DNA of 64,000 nt from Octopus vulgaris (Eukaryota), in assembly GCA_951406725.2 (NCBI GenBank), contig OX597823.1, positions 71,300,001-71,364,000 on the forward strand. The letters are read 5' to 3'. Positions 25,853-36,622 of this stretch are shown piece by piece (the first letter of the stretch is position 1; the number at the start of each line of letters is the position of its first letter). The notes under the pieces were generated by a model. It worked only from the letters and a program-made list of their open reading frames with translations. It searched no databases and had not been told where the DNA came from. The position numbers and the translations under genes are program-made.

Positions 25853-26554
25853 TTGTTAGCCCAGAAAGGGATAAAAGGCAAAGTCGACCTCGTCGGAGTT
25901 TGAACTCAGAACGTAAAGATGAAAGATGGATGAAATGCCGCTAAGCATTTTGCCCAACTTGCTAATGATTCTGCCAGCTCGCTGCTTTATATTGTATATG
26001 TATTGCCTTTCTTTTTGTGGTTAGTAATAGAAAAATCTTAGAAGTAAAAGGAAATGTTTTCGTATCTCAGTTACGAACAATCTAAATAACACATTTGAGA
26101 TAATAATTTTATGTACAATTACCATGATTCAAATTCAACTAATTAGCCAACTAATTAGTGTTTCATTCCCCACTTTACACCAGGTGTCATTTCTTGATTA
26201 TCATTAGGCTTGGAGTGAAAAACAAAGTTTAATTTATGTTGAAATGCTTTCACCAAGTATATAAACTGAGAATCACCTTGTAATTGAAGACAGATGTTAT
26301 GACGCTTCAATAAATTAGTTTGGAATGACAGTTTACGTAGCTATTCCCTATTTGCAAATAGAAGAAGCTGTGAACGATTTTTCTCATTACGTGAACTTCA
26401 ATCCATAGTTTTAAAAAAATTGATAGATTTACTGTTTTAAAACTATTTTGCTGCAATGTGGCACAGCAAATCGCTATATTCAACTTCCATTTCGCCCAGA
26501 AATGTTTGAAACTAGCAATGGCTAATTGCATGCAATCAAACAACTCTGTCTACA

Positions 26555-26755
26555 ATAGGCATAAAGCCTGGAGTTTTGGCGGAGGGACTGGTCGATTACA
26601 CCAGCTCCAGTGATCTACTGGTATTTATTTCATCATCCCCGAAAGGATGATAGGCAAAGTTGAGATCGGTGGAATTTGAACTCAGAACGTAAAGATGGTG
26701 CAATTGCCGTTAAGCATTTCGTCCAGCGTGCTAAAAATTCTGCCAACTCGGCATC
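26555..26755 (-). mobile_element. SINE family B, diverged
   Basis: 'ccccgaaaggatgataggcaaagttga...gaactcagaacgtaa'. Confidence 0.75.
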
Positions 26756-26759
26756 TTAA

Positions 26760-27360
26760 CACTCTCTGACCTGGGCTCCTGTGCCTAACTTTACCCTCCA
26801 CCTGCGCTCCTGAGCAAAAAAAAAATAATAAATAAATAGTTGTATATACAGCTCAAGAATAGCGATTGTTGGCCATGGACAAAATCATTAAAAAAATTCA
26901 AGAGAATAACAATAGGCCTATCTCTAGACCACCGCATTTGTTCATCAAAATCGCTAATTTCTTCATGACTTTCTCCAGTTTAGTTGTCCAAATCACTCTC
27001 ATTGCTGGCATAAGTGTAAACTCTTCGAAAACTAAATATCATCAATAATTTCCTCAACTGTAAAGAGTCTAAGCCTTGTTCGTTTACAAGACGAAGTGCT
27101 CGGTTCATCACACTCTCGTTTCATCGCGAAATCAATTTCATTTATTTTTTCGATTAAAATCAGAAGTTAATGATAATAATGAAATTATTGTATTGATGTC
27201 ATCAATACAATTGACAACAAAGCTACTACATGAACAATAATCTAAATTTAGTATTTCCTTTTCCTTTTCTATGTGTGGTTTGCATTACCGCTTTAGCGTT
27301 AATCCAACAGATATGACACTAAAGTTATTCCCTATATTGTGGCAACACGGATTGACAGGG
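26760..27360 (-). mobile_element. Possible internally deleted piggyBac derivative
   Basis: GGG|TTAA right end; acidic N-terminal-like remnant (RLFTVEEIIDDI) on the minus strand; left end weak. Confidence 0.35.
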
Positions 27361-28551
27361 TTAATGTAGTCGAATAATATTCACTTGATATACAGCTAGA
27401 TCACACACAGAACTAAATGTTTTTTTTTTTTCACTGTCTGCAGATGAATAAACGCAATGATATTTTATGTTTTGCACATTCTCTATTTCACATGGTTTGC
27501 TGACTTGTTCAACGAAATCTTTTCATATATAACATATCTATCTATCATCTATTGTATTTTGTCAATGTTCTCATTGAATTCCGCCCCAAAATATTCAGTG
27601 AGTTACATCGAAAATAACATTCATTCTCCGAATTAACAACAACAAAACCGAACTGTCAGACACATTCTGTCAAGCACCAGAAATAGCCACTGGAATTTTA
27701 ACGCTTCATTGTTTAATTAGCATTGGATGTTATCTGGCATGTCTTTGAGTCTCCTAGTTACTATTTTTGCAGAAAAATTTAATATTCTTGAATAAATATT
27801 GTATTAAAAAGTATTATATTTCTTTATCTAGACAGATTTCTTCAGCTGTTGTTAAAATACAAGATTTGGATCTTTTCGATTTGGCTGCCAACATTTCAAA
27901 AATTCAAGTTTACCGAAAATTTTAAAATTTAACACAATAATACACTTGCCCAAACTGAATTGTTGGAGTTATTTCATTTTTTCCAGAAAAATGGTTTTAA
28001 AAAGTTATAGAGGTTTAAAGTTTGATCATTTTCACTCAATCAGGAAATAGGATTTCGAAGATGTCATTTTGTGCGTGACTGCACATTTTGTCATCAATAA
28101 CCTGAAAATAGCACGTGTTGTCAATATTTGTAAACAACAAGTGTGATGTCTCTGGTAATTTTCTTTCATGTAAATAAATCTTATTTAGCTGCTAATTTTA
28201 GCACACCTCACAACCACCTCAATACTCAATGACAAAAAAAAAAAAAAAAAACATTTAAGCATTCAATATAACTTTAATGCAAATGTGATAAACAACACGT
28301 TACATGCGATAGACACATTACAATTGTTAACAGAAAGATTTGGAAGAATTAGATGAAAGTTCTCTGGTAATTTTCTTCCATATAAATAAATTTTTATGTT
28401 AATTTAAAAATTTGCCAGCAAAATCTTATAAAATGACAATGTTCCAAAAGATGTATACGTTTATATGTTATATATGAAATTAAGAGTGAACAAAATATGC
28501 TTAAAAAACAAGCATTTAAGCATGCAATAAGCAACGCATTACAAAATACCT

Positions 28552-29498
28552 TTAAAATTGAAAACGAAAGTTACAAATGCATTCAATAAATTTTTCAAAC
28601 AAATCACAATTTTCGCACCTCCTGTGCCACATAATTTCATAGCGATATGAATCTATCATAGAACGGTGATTGCCAGAGCATCGTTTATTACCTTGCTTCA
28701 CAGAGGCCCACATACCCTCCACCTGTTGAGTGTGAGTACCATCTTTCAGCTTAACAAACCCAACGCTGTGGTTCACCGTTCTATGCTCAAAATTGTAGCC
28801 ATCAATTTCAGGAATGTGACAGTATGCCTGCCACAAATCGCTGAAAATCGTGCTGCCTGGAAGAATAGAGTAACATATGCATTCTTTCAGCGTGTCGCGA
28901 TTCCGATATGGCACTGCATACAGAAAAACCTGTCTGGTCTTGCAACACACTCCACTGAAAACCTACTGCTCTGGTAGGACCCTTCCTCGGTTGTACTTAA
29001 ATCTTGAGAAGACTGTTTTGTCAGTCTCAACAATTTTCCCAGGACCACCAACTTGAATTGGATGACGGAGCAAGTCCTTTGCAGATATTTCTCTAACATA
29101 GTTGTTGTAATCAACAACTGTGAAATTGTTCATCCCTACTTCTTCAACACAAAACCAGGCTGAAGTCAATTCCTTAACCCATGAGCAAAAGAAGAGCACT
29201 GCAGTCCTAAGAGGAAGGGTCTCACCTTCAAGCCATGTGTCTTTCCTCCCAACACAGAGTCTATACATTCTTGGCGCGAGCATCACAAGTAAATGTTCCC
29301 AACATGTCTTTTCGTATACATAACATGTCTCTTTTTACATAATTTTCTTTTGGGTATAACACCCTTTTCTTGAAGGTACGACACAGTATCTTTCTGTGTT
29401 TTCAATCTTTCTATCAAAGAAGCGAAATTACTGGAGCTTGTTGCCAAAATCACACAAATAATCAACACGTGCTTCCTCGCAGATAAAAGACTTTCCAA
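28552..29498 (-). pseudogene. Merlin transposase, frameshifted
   Basis: GGPGKIVETD..F...KYNRGR, GSTIFSDLWQAY and HRTVNHS..F...GTHTQQVEGMW, spread across four overlapping ORFs. Confidence 0.9.
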
Positions 29499-29727
29499 AG
29501 ACTGCTGTCAGCACATGCAAAAGAGTTCTCATGTTCCGCTTGTTACTATCGAAACAGACATGAATGTGTCTGTGACCAATGATTAGCTAGAATTACCAAA
29601 ATTTTCAAATTTTATTTACTAATAACTATTTATTGTGTTGTGTCTGGGGAGAGTCATTTTCTTTTTGTGCCTTATAATGTAACACACTCACTGGTAAAAT
29701 TTCCACTTATTTCTCATTTATATTTTC

Positions 29728-29766
29728 CTAAAATTTTCGTTGCGTCTTGCAACCTTTTCAGTAGTC
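29728..29766 (-). ncRNA. Degenerate hammerhead-like motif in a pLTR-like fragment nested in the Merlin
   Basis: CUGAAAAG GUUGC-AAGAC-GCAAC GAAA AUUUUA. Confidence 0.4.
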
Positions 29767-30397
29767 TTGACTCTCTTAATTTATTGATTTATAGTGAAAT
29801 TATTTTCACATCATTAATTAGCTCATAAAAGCGTATCATTATCCTGAATATGAAATCAATTTGAACAGAATTGATGCTGGCAGCCCAACAGAAGATCGTA
29901 AGATTTAATTAATTGGCCATTAGTAAATGGTTTTCATCTTCCGTTTGCAAATAAGCTTCAGTTACAGTTTCATTATTAGCATTGGTCCTAGTTTAAAACT
30001 AGGGCTGTGACAAGATACTGTTTCACGTCTTCACATTCCTTGTGGTGAATAATTCCTGTCAGATGAGTGAGGGGAATGTTTCATTTGGTTAAACCAGTTC
30101 GCAACCATTTTTTACCGATGCACCCCATTGATTCCTATTTTACTTGGATGGATCCTCGCAGTCATTCGATGTTTTAAAAAGAAATATTCTATTATTATCT
30201 TGATAATTAAATATTAGGAATTGTATAAAAATGATTATTAAAATATTTTGTGTATTGTAGAAGTACAAGGTATTGTAGAAGTACAAGGTAAATTTTAACG
30301 GCAAAATATTTTATGGACCATGGTTGAGAACAACAGGGCTAGACTAACTTATATTCCTTTAGTACTTACTATTTAAGTACTTACTATTCCTATTTAA

Positions 30398-30628
30398 GGC
30401 GGCGAGCTGGCAGAATCGTTAGCACGCCGGGCGAAATGCGTAGCCGTAGTTCGTCTGCCGTTATGTTCTGAGTTCAAATTCCGCCGAGGTCGACTTTGCC
30501 TTTCATCCTTTCGGGGTCGATAAAATAAGTACCAGTTACGCACTGGGATCGATATAATCGACTTAATCCGTTTGTCTGTCTTTGTTTGTCTCCTCTATGT
30601 TTACCCCCTTGTGGGTAATAAAGAAATA
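30398..30628 (+). mobile_element. SINE family B, young copy
   Basis: A-box-like tggcagaatcg and B-box gagttcaaattcc; flanking repeat atattcctttagtacttac. Confidence 0.9.
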
Positions 30629-31067
30629 TATATTCCTTTAGTACTTACAAAGTGGCAACTTGACAGAGTGGTTACAGCGATGGACAGAATGATTGGCAGT
30701 TTTTGTTTGGAGGCTTTGCATTCTGAGTTCAAAGACTTAGTCCATCACCCGGTTTAACAATACCACCTTATTCTTTCAGTGTTTTTTTTCTTTTTTGTAC
30801 TTGCAGCAAGCAAGTTGCAAGTATTCAAGCTGGGTTTCCAGTTTATGGATACCTCCTTCCTGCCAGTTTCTCAGGCCCTGCCAGGATGAGAAATTCTTTT
30901 TCCCACGAATATTCTGAACCCCTGTTATGAACTCACTTTTAATACAGCCAATCAGAGCTCAACTATCAAACTAATTTAAGAGCGCATAACAAGTGATAAT
31001 AATAATAATAATAATAATTCTGTACAGTGCTCAGGTGCACTACAACTCATCTAAAGTGTATATATAA

Positions 31068-33833
31068 TCAGGTGAAGTTTCGGCGGATTTCGGAAAGCAT
31101 GAGGGCCTTAAAAGATGCAGTGTCATGGCAGTCAACAACTGACGCAGGCAGTTTATTCCATGCTTCAGCAACTCTGAGCGTGAAAAAATGCTTCCGAAAG
31201 TCATGGGAGCTGTATTGTTTTCTGGCTTTGTAGGCATGTCCACGTGTGTTAGACACATGGAGATCAAAAAGGTGTTCAGTGTTGTTGTTGGTGAGGTGGT
31301 TGATAGCTTTGTGGGTGTTTACCAAGTCCGTCGCCAAACGCCGGAGCTTCAGTGAATCCATGCCCAGGGAAACAAGGCGCTCAGAATATGGTAGGTGTCT
31401 GATGGAGGGTATGCGTTTGGTTGCACGTCTCTGGACAGATTCCAGGAGGTCAATGTTCTGTGCAAGATAGGGGTTCCAAACTGATGATGCGAATTCCAAG
31501 TGTGGTCGTACCATAGCTGTATACAGTTTTAAATAGATGGCTGGAGAGCGGCTAACAAAAGACCTGCTGAGTGATGCCAAGACACCCTCGGCCTTCCTGA
31601 CAATCTTAGAGATATGCTTTGACCAACGCAGATCACTGCTGACAGTGATGCCTAGGTCACGCTCGCAAGAGGATTTCTTGATATCAGTGTTGTGGAGGGA
31701 GTATGTGAACGCAGGGTTTTTTCTCCCAAAATGCATGGTGGTACACTTGTCCACAGCCAGTTTCAGTTGCCAGTCTGTGATCCATTGCTGCATTGTGTCT
31801 AGGTCTGATTGCAGGAAAGAGTTGTAGACATCAGGATCTGTCCTCTTGATTTCAAGGTACAGCTTGATGTCGTCTGCATATTTCAATACTGTGGCATTCT
31901 TTAAATTGGCATCTATGTCGTTAATGTATGCCACAAACAAGAGGGGGCCAAGGACAGATCCCTGTGGTACACCCGATGACATCTCATATGGTGTAGAGTG
32001 CTGTCCTAGAACTGTGACTACCTCCTTTCGGCTGAGGATGAAGGATTTCAACCAGTTAAAAAGGTCATCCCCCACACCCATTGCAGAGAGTTTCACCATA
32101 AGCCTTTTGTGTGGCACAGAGTTGAAAGCCTTAGCAAAGTCAAGGTAGACAACATCCACCCATGAGCCACTGTCAGTAATCTGAGTAATGTCCTCAAGGA
32201 ACTCGACAAGCTGGTCACTGCAGCTGGAGTTAGGGACAAATCCATATTGTGAGGGTCGGATGAGACTGTGAGAGCTCCAGAAGTTCCAGAGTGTTTCTCT
32301 GACACACGATTCCATCAGTTTTGCAATACAGCTAGTGAGACTGACTGGGCGATAGTTGACAGGTGATGTGCGGTCGCCCTTTTTGAACAGAGGAATGACA
32401 CTGGCAGTTTTCCACTGCTCCGGAGTAGCACCATTGTTGAGACAGTACTGGAAGAAAATAGAAAGCTGGTGTAAAAGGAAGTGCCTGCCACGTTTGAGAA
32501 GCAGGTATGTAACTCCATCGAGACCAGGGGAGGCATAGTTGCGCTTATTTTGAAGGTGACGTCGCAGCATTGCAGGTGTAAATTCCATAGTTGTTATGGA
32601 GTTTGCTGTTAGTGATGGTGAAGATGGTACATTTTGACTTTCAACAGTGAATATGTTTGCATAGCACTCGGCAATGAGTTCTGCGCATTCCTTGGGGTCG
32701 TCAGTGATCTGGTTTGTGTGAGGGTTGCGAAGAGGGCCCACTGGAGAGTGAGGTCTCTGCTTTGAGTGCACATATTTCCAGAAAACCTTGCTGTCAGGAT
32801 TGGCTGCTATGCACTGTTCAAATTCAAGCACTGCTTTTTTTGTCACTTGCTTGAGATGGTTGGAGGATTTATTCCGCTTCTTCCTGTTGGTGTCTGATTT
32901 ATGCAACCTGTATTCCCGTTCAGCAGTCCGACGTTCCCTCCTGGTAAGTCGGACCGCTGAAGTTTCCCAAATTGCCCTTTTGGGGCGGTTCTTCTTTTTT
33001 TGTTTACGTGGCACTGATGCTGCACATGCTGCCCATATTGAGTCCAGGATACTCTGGAGTATAGTATTCACATCTCCAGAGTTGTAGAATTCACGCCAGT
33101 TTGGGTGCTGTAGTTCAGTGTGGTACAGGTTCCAATCTGCTCTCTTCCAATCGAAGGAAGCAGATTGGAGATGGTTCAGGTTTTTGTTGCCCGCAAGAGC
33201 CAGATTGGCGATGATCATAGCATGATCAGAGTCACCTAGAGGTTCCTCCGTAGTGCAATTGATAACCGCTTCAGGAGTTGTGGTGAAGAGCAGGTCCAAG
33301 GTGTTGTCGCCTCTTGTTGGAGAGGTGACTACTTGTGACCAGTTTGAGTCCAGCACAAGCTCAACAAAATCGTTTGCACTCTGTGGCCAATGGAAGGTCT
33401 CCCAATCGATCTCAGGATGATTGAAATCGCCTGCAATAAACACATAAGTGGCTGTTTTCCTGGCAGCAGCTCGGAGGACGTTGCAAAGCTGTGTGTCCCG
33501 ATGGTAACTTGGGGGACGATAAACAACGCCAAGCAGGAGTGTTGACATGGTCATACGCACGTCACAGAAAAAAACTTCTTCTTGTGATTCGTTCAAATCG
33601 GCACAAGGAATTACCAAAAAATTTGAACGAACGTAGACCATCACACCACCACCACGGCGGTTAGTGCGGTCCTTACGGAAGAGGTTGTACCCCGTAATGT
33701 TGAAAACCCCATCACAGAGTAAGGAATGCGCCCATGTTTCCGTGACAGTGATGAAGTCAGGGTCAACACTTCTGACGTAGGCGTTGAACAAATGTATTTT
33801 GTTGCATAAACTGCGAGCATTTAAGGACAACAA
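31068..33833 (-). CDS. LINE ORF2: APE endonuclease + reverse transcriptase (frame open back to 33917; no AUG start)
   Basis: APE motifs NARSL, TETW, RKDR..GGGV, YRPP, GDFN, PTR..LDL, SDH; RT motifs YRPVSLTS, YLDFAKAF, GVPQGSVLGPLLF, YADD; no stop in 921 codons. Confidence 0.95.
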   Translation of the reverse strand: MLSLNARSLCNKIHLFNAYVRSVDPDFITVTETWAHSLLCDGVFNITGYNLFRKDRTNRRGGGVMVYVRSNFLVIPCADLNESQEEVFFCDVRMTMSTLLLGVVYRPPSYHRDTQLCNVLRAAARKTATYVFIAGDFNHPEIDWETFHWPQSANDFVELVLDSNWSQVVTSPTRGDNTLDLLFTTTPEAVINCTTEEPLGDSDHAMIIANLALAGNKNLNHLQSASFDWKRADWNLYHTELQHPNWREFYNSGDVNTILQSILDSIWAACAASVPRKQKKKNRPKRAIWETSAVRLTRRERRTAEREYRLHKSDTNRKKRNKSSNHLKQVTKKAVLEFEQCIAANPDSKVFWKYVHSKQRPHSPVGPLRNPHTNQITDDPKECAELIAECYANIFTVESQNVPSSPSLTANSITTMEFTPAMLRRHLQNKRNYASPGLDGVTYLLLKRGRHFLLHQLSIFFQYCLNNGATPEQWKTASVIPLFKKGDRTSPVNYRPVSLTSCIAKLMESCVRETLWNFWSSHSLIRPSQYGFVPNSSCSDQLVEFLEDITQITDSGSWVDVVYLDFAKAFNSVPHKRLMVKLSAMGVGDDLFNWLKSFILSRKEVVTVLGQHSTPYEMSSGVPQGSVLGPLLFVAYINDIDANLKNATVLKYADDIKLYLEIKRTDPDVYNSFLQSDLDTMQQWITDWQLKLAVDKCTTMHFGRKNPAFTYSLHNTDIKKSSCERDLGITVSSDLRWSKHISKIVRKAEGVLASLSRSFVSRSPAIYLKLYTAMVRPHLEFASSVWNPYLAQNIDLLESVQRRATKRIPSIRHLPYSERLVSLGMDSLKLRRLATDLVNTHKAINHLTNNNTEHLFDLHVSNTRGHAYKARKQYSSHDFRKHFFTLRVAEAWNKLPASVVDCHDTASFKALMLSEIRRNFT

Positions 33834-33889
33834 TTTGTACCCTGCTCGCAGTTTATGATGGTGTGTAGAGGATGGCAGGTTGTTCTGGC

Positions 33890-34654
33890 TTAGTTTCCCT
33901 GAGTTGCTGTAGTCTTTTTAGTTATTGTGGGTAGAGAGCACTCAGACCAGCTGGTATCTCTCTTCCACGTTTCAGCAGTCTTGACAAATCTCCAGATTTG
34001 TCCATCTTCCCGAAGACTGAAGCTTTCCTGTAGAGCTGAGTTCCTATTCAGGGAAGCCACTACACGTAGCTTCGGACGTACATTGGACGGTAAGCCTGGG
34101 CGTGTTCGGAAGGTGGTCCGATTTTCCCGCCCAGCTTTAACTGAGGCCAGATGGTAAGAGGTTGCCTCAGTGGGGTCCGTAAAAGACAACTTGATGAGCC
34201 TAGGTTTTGGGCCAGGTCGTCCAAGGCGGATAGCACCCGTTGGGGGAACGCAGCCTAGGTCTTTGGCTGAGTTGGCAGCAAAAGCCTGAAGATCAGCCAT
34301 GTCTTCTGGCACCCCAATGGCAATGACTTCATGGGTGGCAGAATCCGCGGTCTTAAATGCGACAAGAGGTACAGGTACAGGGAGGTTCTTTAGCAGAGCA
34401 TTCCGATAAGACCCCTCATTGTGGAGTCCAACCTGAATGGTTGCTTTTATTCCTGCTACTTCCCCTTTTAAAGCACAGATCGATTGTTGCAGTTCTGCAA
34501 GAACCGCACTGGTCAATTGGTGTTGTTGTTGTTGCTGCTGTTGCTCTGGTTGTGGTTGATTTTGTTGTTGCTGTTGTTGTTGTTGATGTTGTTGTTGCTG
34601 CTGCTCTGGTTGTGGTTGATTTTGTTGTTGCTGCTGCTCTGGTTGTGGTTGATT

Positions 34655-34689
<35 letters not shown>

Positions 34690-35072
34690 CTGGTTGTGGT
34701 TGATTTTGTTGTTGCTGCTGTTGCTGTTCCGCCTCCTCCACGGGAGTGGCAGGGGGAGACACAATCGTCGGTTGTGGAGGCACGCAGGCCTGACACTGAA
34801 AAGTCCAAGATTTAAGCTGAACCATCTTCCAGAGTCTATCCATCATAGCATTATGATGGCTCTTTTTTTGGCCTGGGATCTTCTGAAAGTCCGTGGCACA
34901 TTGGAGGCAGACAGAGATGAGACATGTCCCAGCGATTACGGAACGTATTTTCGGGTTCCGTACAGATGTGGCAGGTGTGATTTTCTGGGCAGTGTTCTAT
35001 TTTAGAGCAGCGACCAGTCTTATCGCACGCCGCTATGGATTTCACCATGGCGATTCTGTTGGTTCTGGTCAT
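33890..35072 (-). CDS. LINE ORF1: PHD-like finger, polyQ tract, coiled coil and RRM-like region; one frameshift near 34930
   Basis: ORF 34851-35072 (CHIC) and the frame of 33890-34846 (GTC..VCLQC..WTFQCQAC) join into one Cys-rich finger; C-terminal RLGR....PRLIKL is typical of CR1/L2 ORF1. Confidence 0.75.
33893..33899 (-). promoter_or_regulatory. Candidate -1 ribosomal frameshift slippery site G_GGA_AAC
   Basis: ORF1 ends CAG GGA AAC TAA; the -1 frame GGG AAA CTA is the ORF2 frame. Confidence 0.6.
34519..34726 (-). repeat. (CAA/CAG)n coding minisatellite, 4 x Qn-NQPQPE
   Basis: Seen in ORF1. Confidence 0.9.
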
Positions 35073-36390
35073 CCGTAGAGACAGAAAATGTAAACAACAA
35101 TACGATAAAAGTAAAATATAAAATATTTGTTTTTGATTCGTTCTTTTTTGTGTATATTCCTTGTTCTTAAATATTGCGTGTGTATATACACATGTTTCGT
35201 TCTTTTTTGTGTATATTCCTTTTTTTCTTAAATATTGCGTGTGTATACATAAAAGTATTTGTGCGTATAGACACGGAGAAAGTTTGTAAACAGAAATGAA
35301 ATTTTTGATTTTTTTGCAGTGTAGTCCGTCACATTAAATAGTGTGATTTATTTTCACTCTGCACGTATATACATGTGTGCTACAAGTATCTATGTATGTA
35401 TGTACGTCACTGCTTTATAAATTTTGGACGTACTTACTGTCGTTCAACGATTTCTTTTACCCTCAACTACACGTGGTGAATTCTTCCATTGTAGATCTGT
35501 GGTGGTCATCGTCGTAATATTTTCTCTTTAGTTTCCTCGCCAAATTGATTATACCCTAATCAAACCATTTGTTTGTCTACTTGTGAATGTGTCTTTGTTT
35601 TAGTAACATTGTATTTTCCTCCTTTTCCTTTTTCATTCCCATATTATATGGAACTTCGGTGGACAGCTACTCTAAGACTCCAGCTGCCAGGTCGCCATGT
35701 CTTAAAAGTGATGGGCAACAAGATAAGGTCACTTGATTAAGGAATGACCATGATTTTTTTCTCTTAATAATGCTTGTTGTCCTTGTTCTTGTTTCAACCA
35801 TGGCTGCCTCTGCGTAGTTATTTGTGCTGTTGTTTACTTTGTAAAACAGTAAAGGGAATTGCTAGCACATCACGCTCTACCCACATTTTTCCTATCCACA
35901 TCTTTACCATATGGGGCCGTAACAAAATCCGATAATAGGTATAGATGCAAATCTATCTAATTACTTTTCTCCTTTTAAAATCTGGCATAACTTGGCGATC
36001 AGTCGACTTACAACGCTGTTCTTCATCTTGAGTTTACTTGGTAGAGTCTGTTTGTTAACTTGCCAACAAGGTCAAGGTGAGCTCTGATTGGTTGTATGCA
36101 AATGAGTTCATTACTGGGGTCCGGAACTGTCATGGGAAAAAATTTTGCAGGACCGCCTCATTACATATCATACATGATATTGTGTTTGTGGCTTCCTCTC
36201 AAAGAATATTCAATCTTTCTTCAATGTTCTTAGAAGACGTGGCATTCAGAGTCAATTTCTTACTTTTTCCTGTGCAACTACCCTCCGCTCTCTCTCTCTC
36301 TCTCTCTCACTCACACACACACACACACATGCAAGACTGTTAGGATTTATAAATGAGAGGAAAAGCATTCAGTAGAAAAGTGTTGAGTTA

Positions 36391-36622
36391 AGACGGCGAG
36401 ATGGCAGAAACGTTAGCACGCCGGGTGAAATGCCTAGCGGTACTTCGTCTGCCGTTACGTTCTGAGTTCAAATTCCGCCGAGGTTGACTTTGCCTTTCAT
36501 CCTTTCGGGGTTGATAAATTAATTACCGGTTATGCACTGGGGTCGATGTAATCGACTTAATCCCTTTGTCTGTCCTTGTTTGTCCCCTCTATGTTTAGCC
36601 CCTTGTGGGCAATAAAGAAATA
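36391..36622 (+). mobile_element. SINE family B with TSD
   Basis: Flanked by a 16-bp direct repeat agaaaagtgttgagtt. Confidence 0.9.

Larger units (their letters stand above)
27868..29898 (-). mobile_element. Merlin (IS1595/ISXO2-type) DNA transposon, defective
   Basis: Imperfect TIRs ggatcttt..ggctgcca / tggcagcc..gaagatcg; 8-bp TSD caagattt/taagattt; transposase remnants inside. Confidence 0.9.
30998..35705 (-). mobile_element. Full-length CR1-type LINE (4.7 kb)
   Basis: TSD AAGTGAT (30991-30997, 35706-35712); (ATT)n tail; 3' UTR stem; 5' end AAGACATGGCG; ORF1 and ORF2. Confidence 0.93.
30874..36154. mobile_element. ~560-bp TIR element split by the LINE insertion
   Basis: Imperfect TIRs of about 80 bp: ggccctgc...gaactca...atacagccaatcagagctca (30874-30961) against the reverse complement of 36078-36154. 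Confidence 0.75.

Noticed and set aside
30398-30490. tRNA gene
   Set aside because: The A/B-box-like motifs belong to the SINE head; no cloverleaf, and the same body recurs several times in the window.
31246-33532. Short ORFs overlapping ORF2
   Set aside because: Antisense or off-frame shadows of the RT/APE coding region.
34357-35005. Hydrophobic poly-Leu/Val ORFs on the + strand (possible antisense membrane protein)
   Set aside because: Open only because they mirror the CAA/CAG repeat of ORF1; no independent support.
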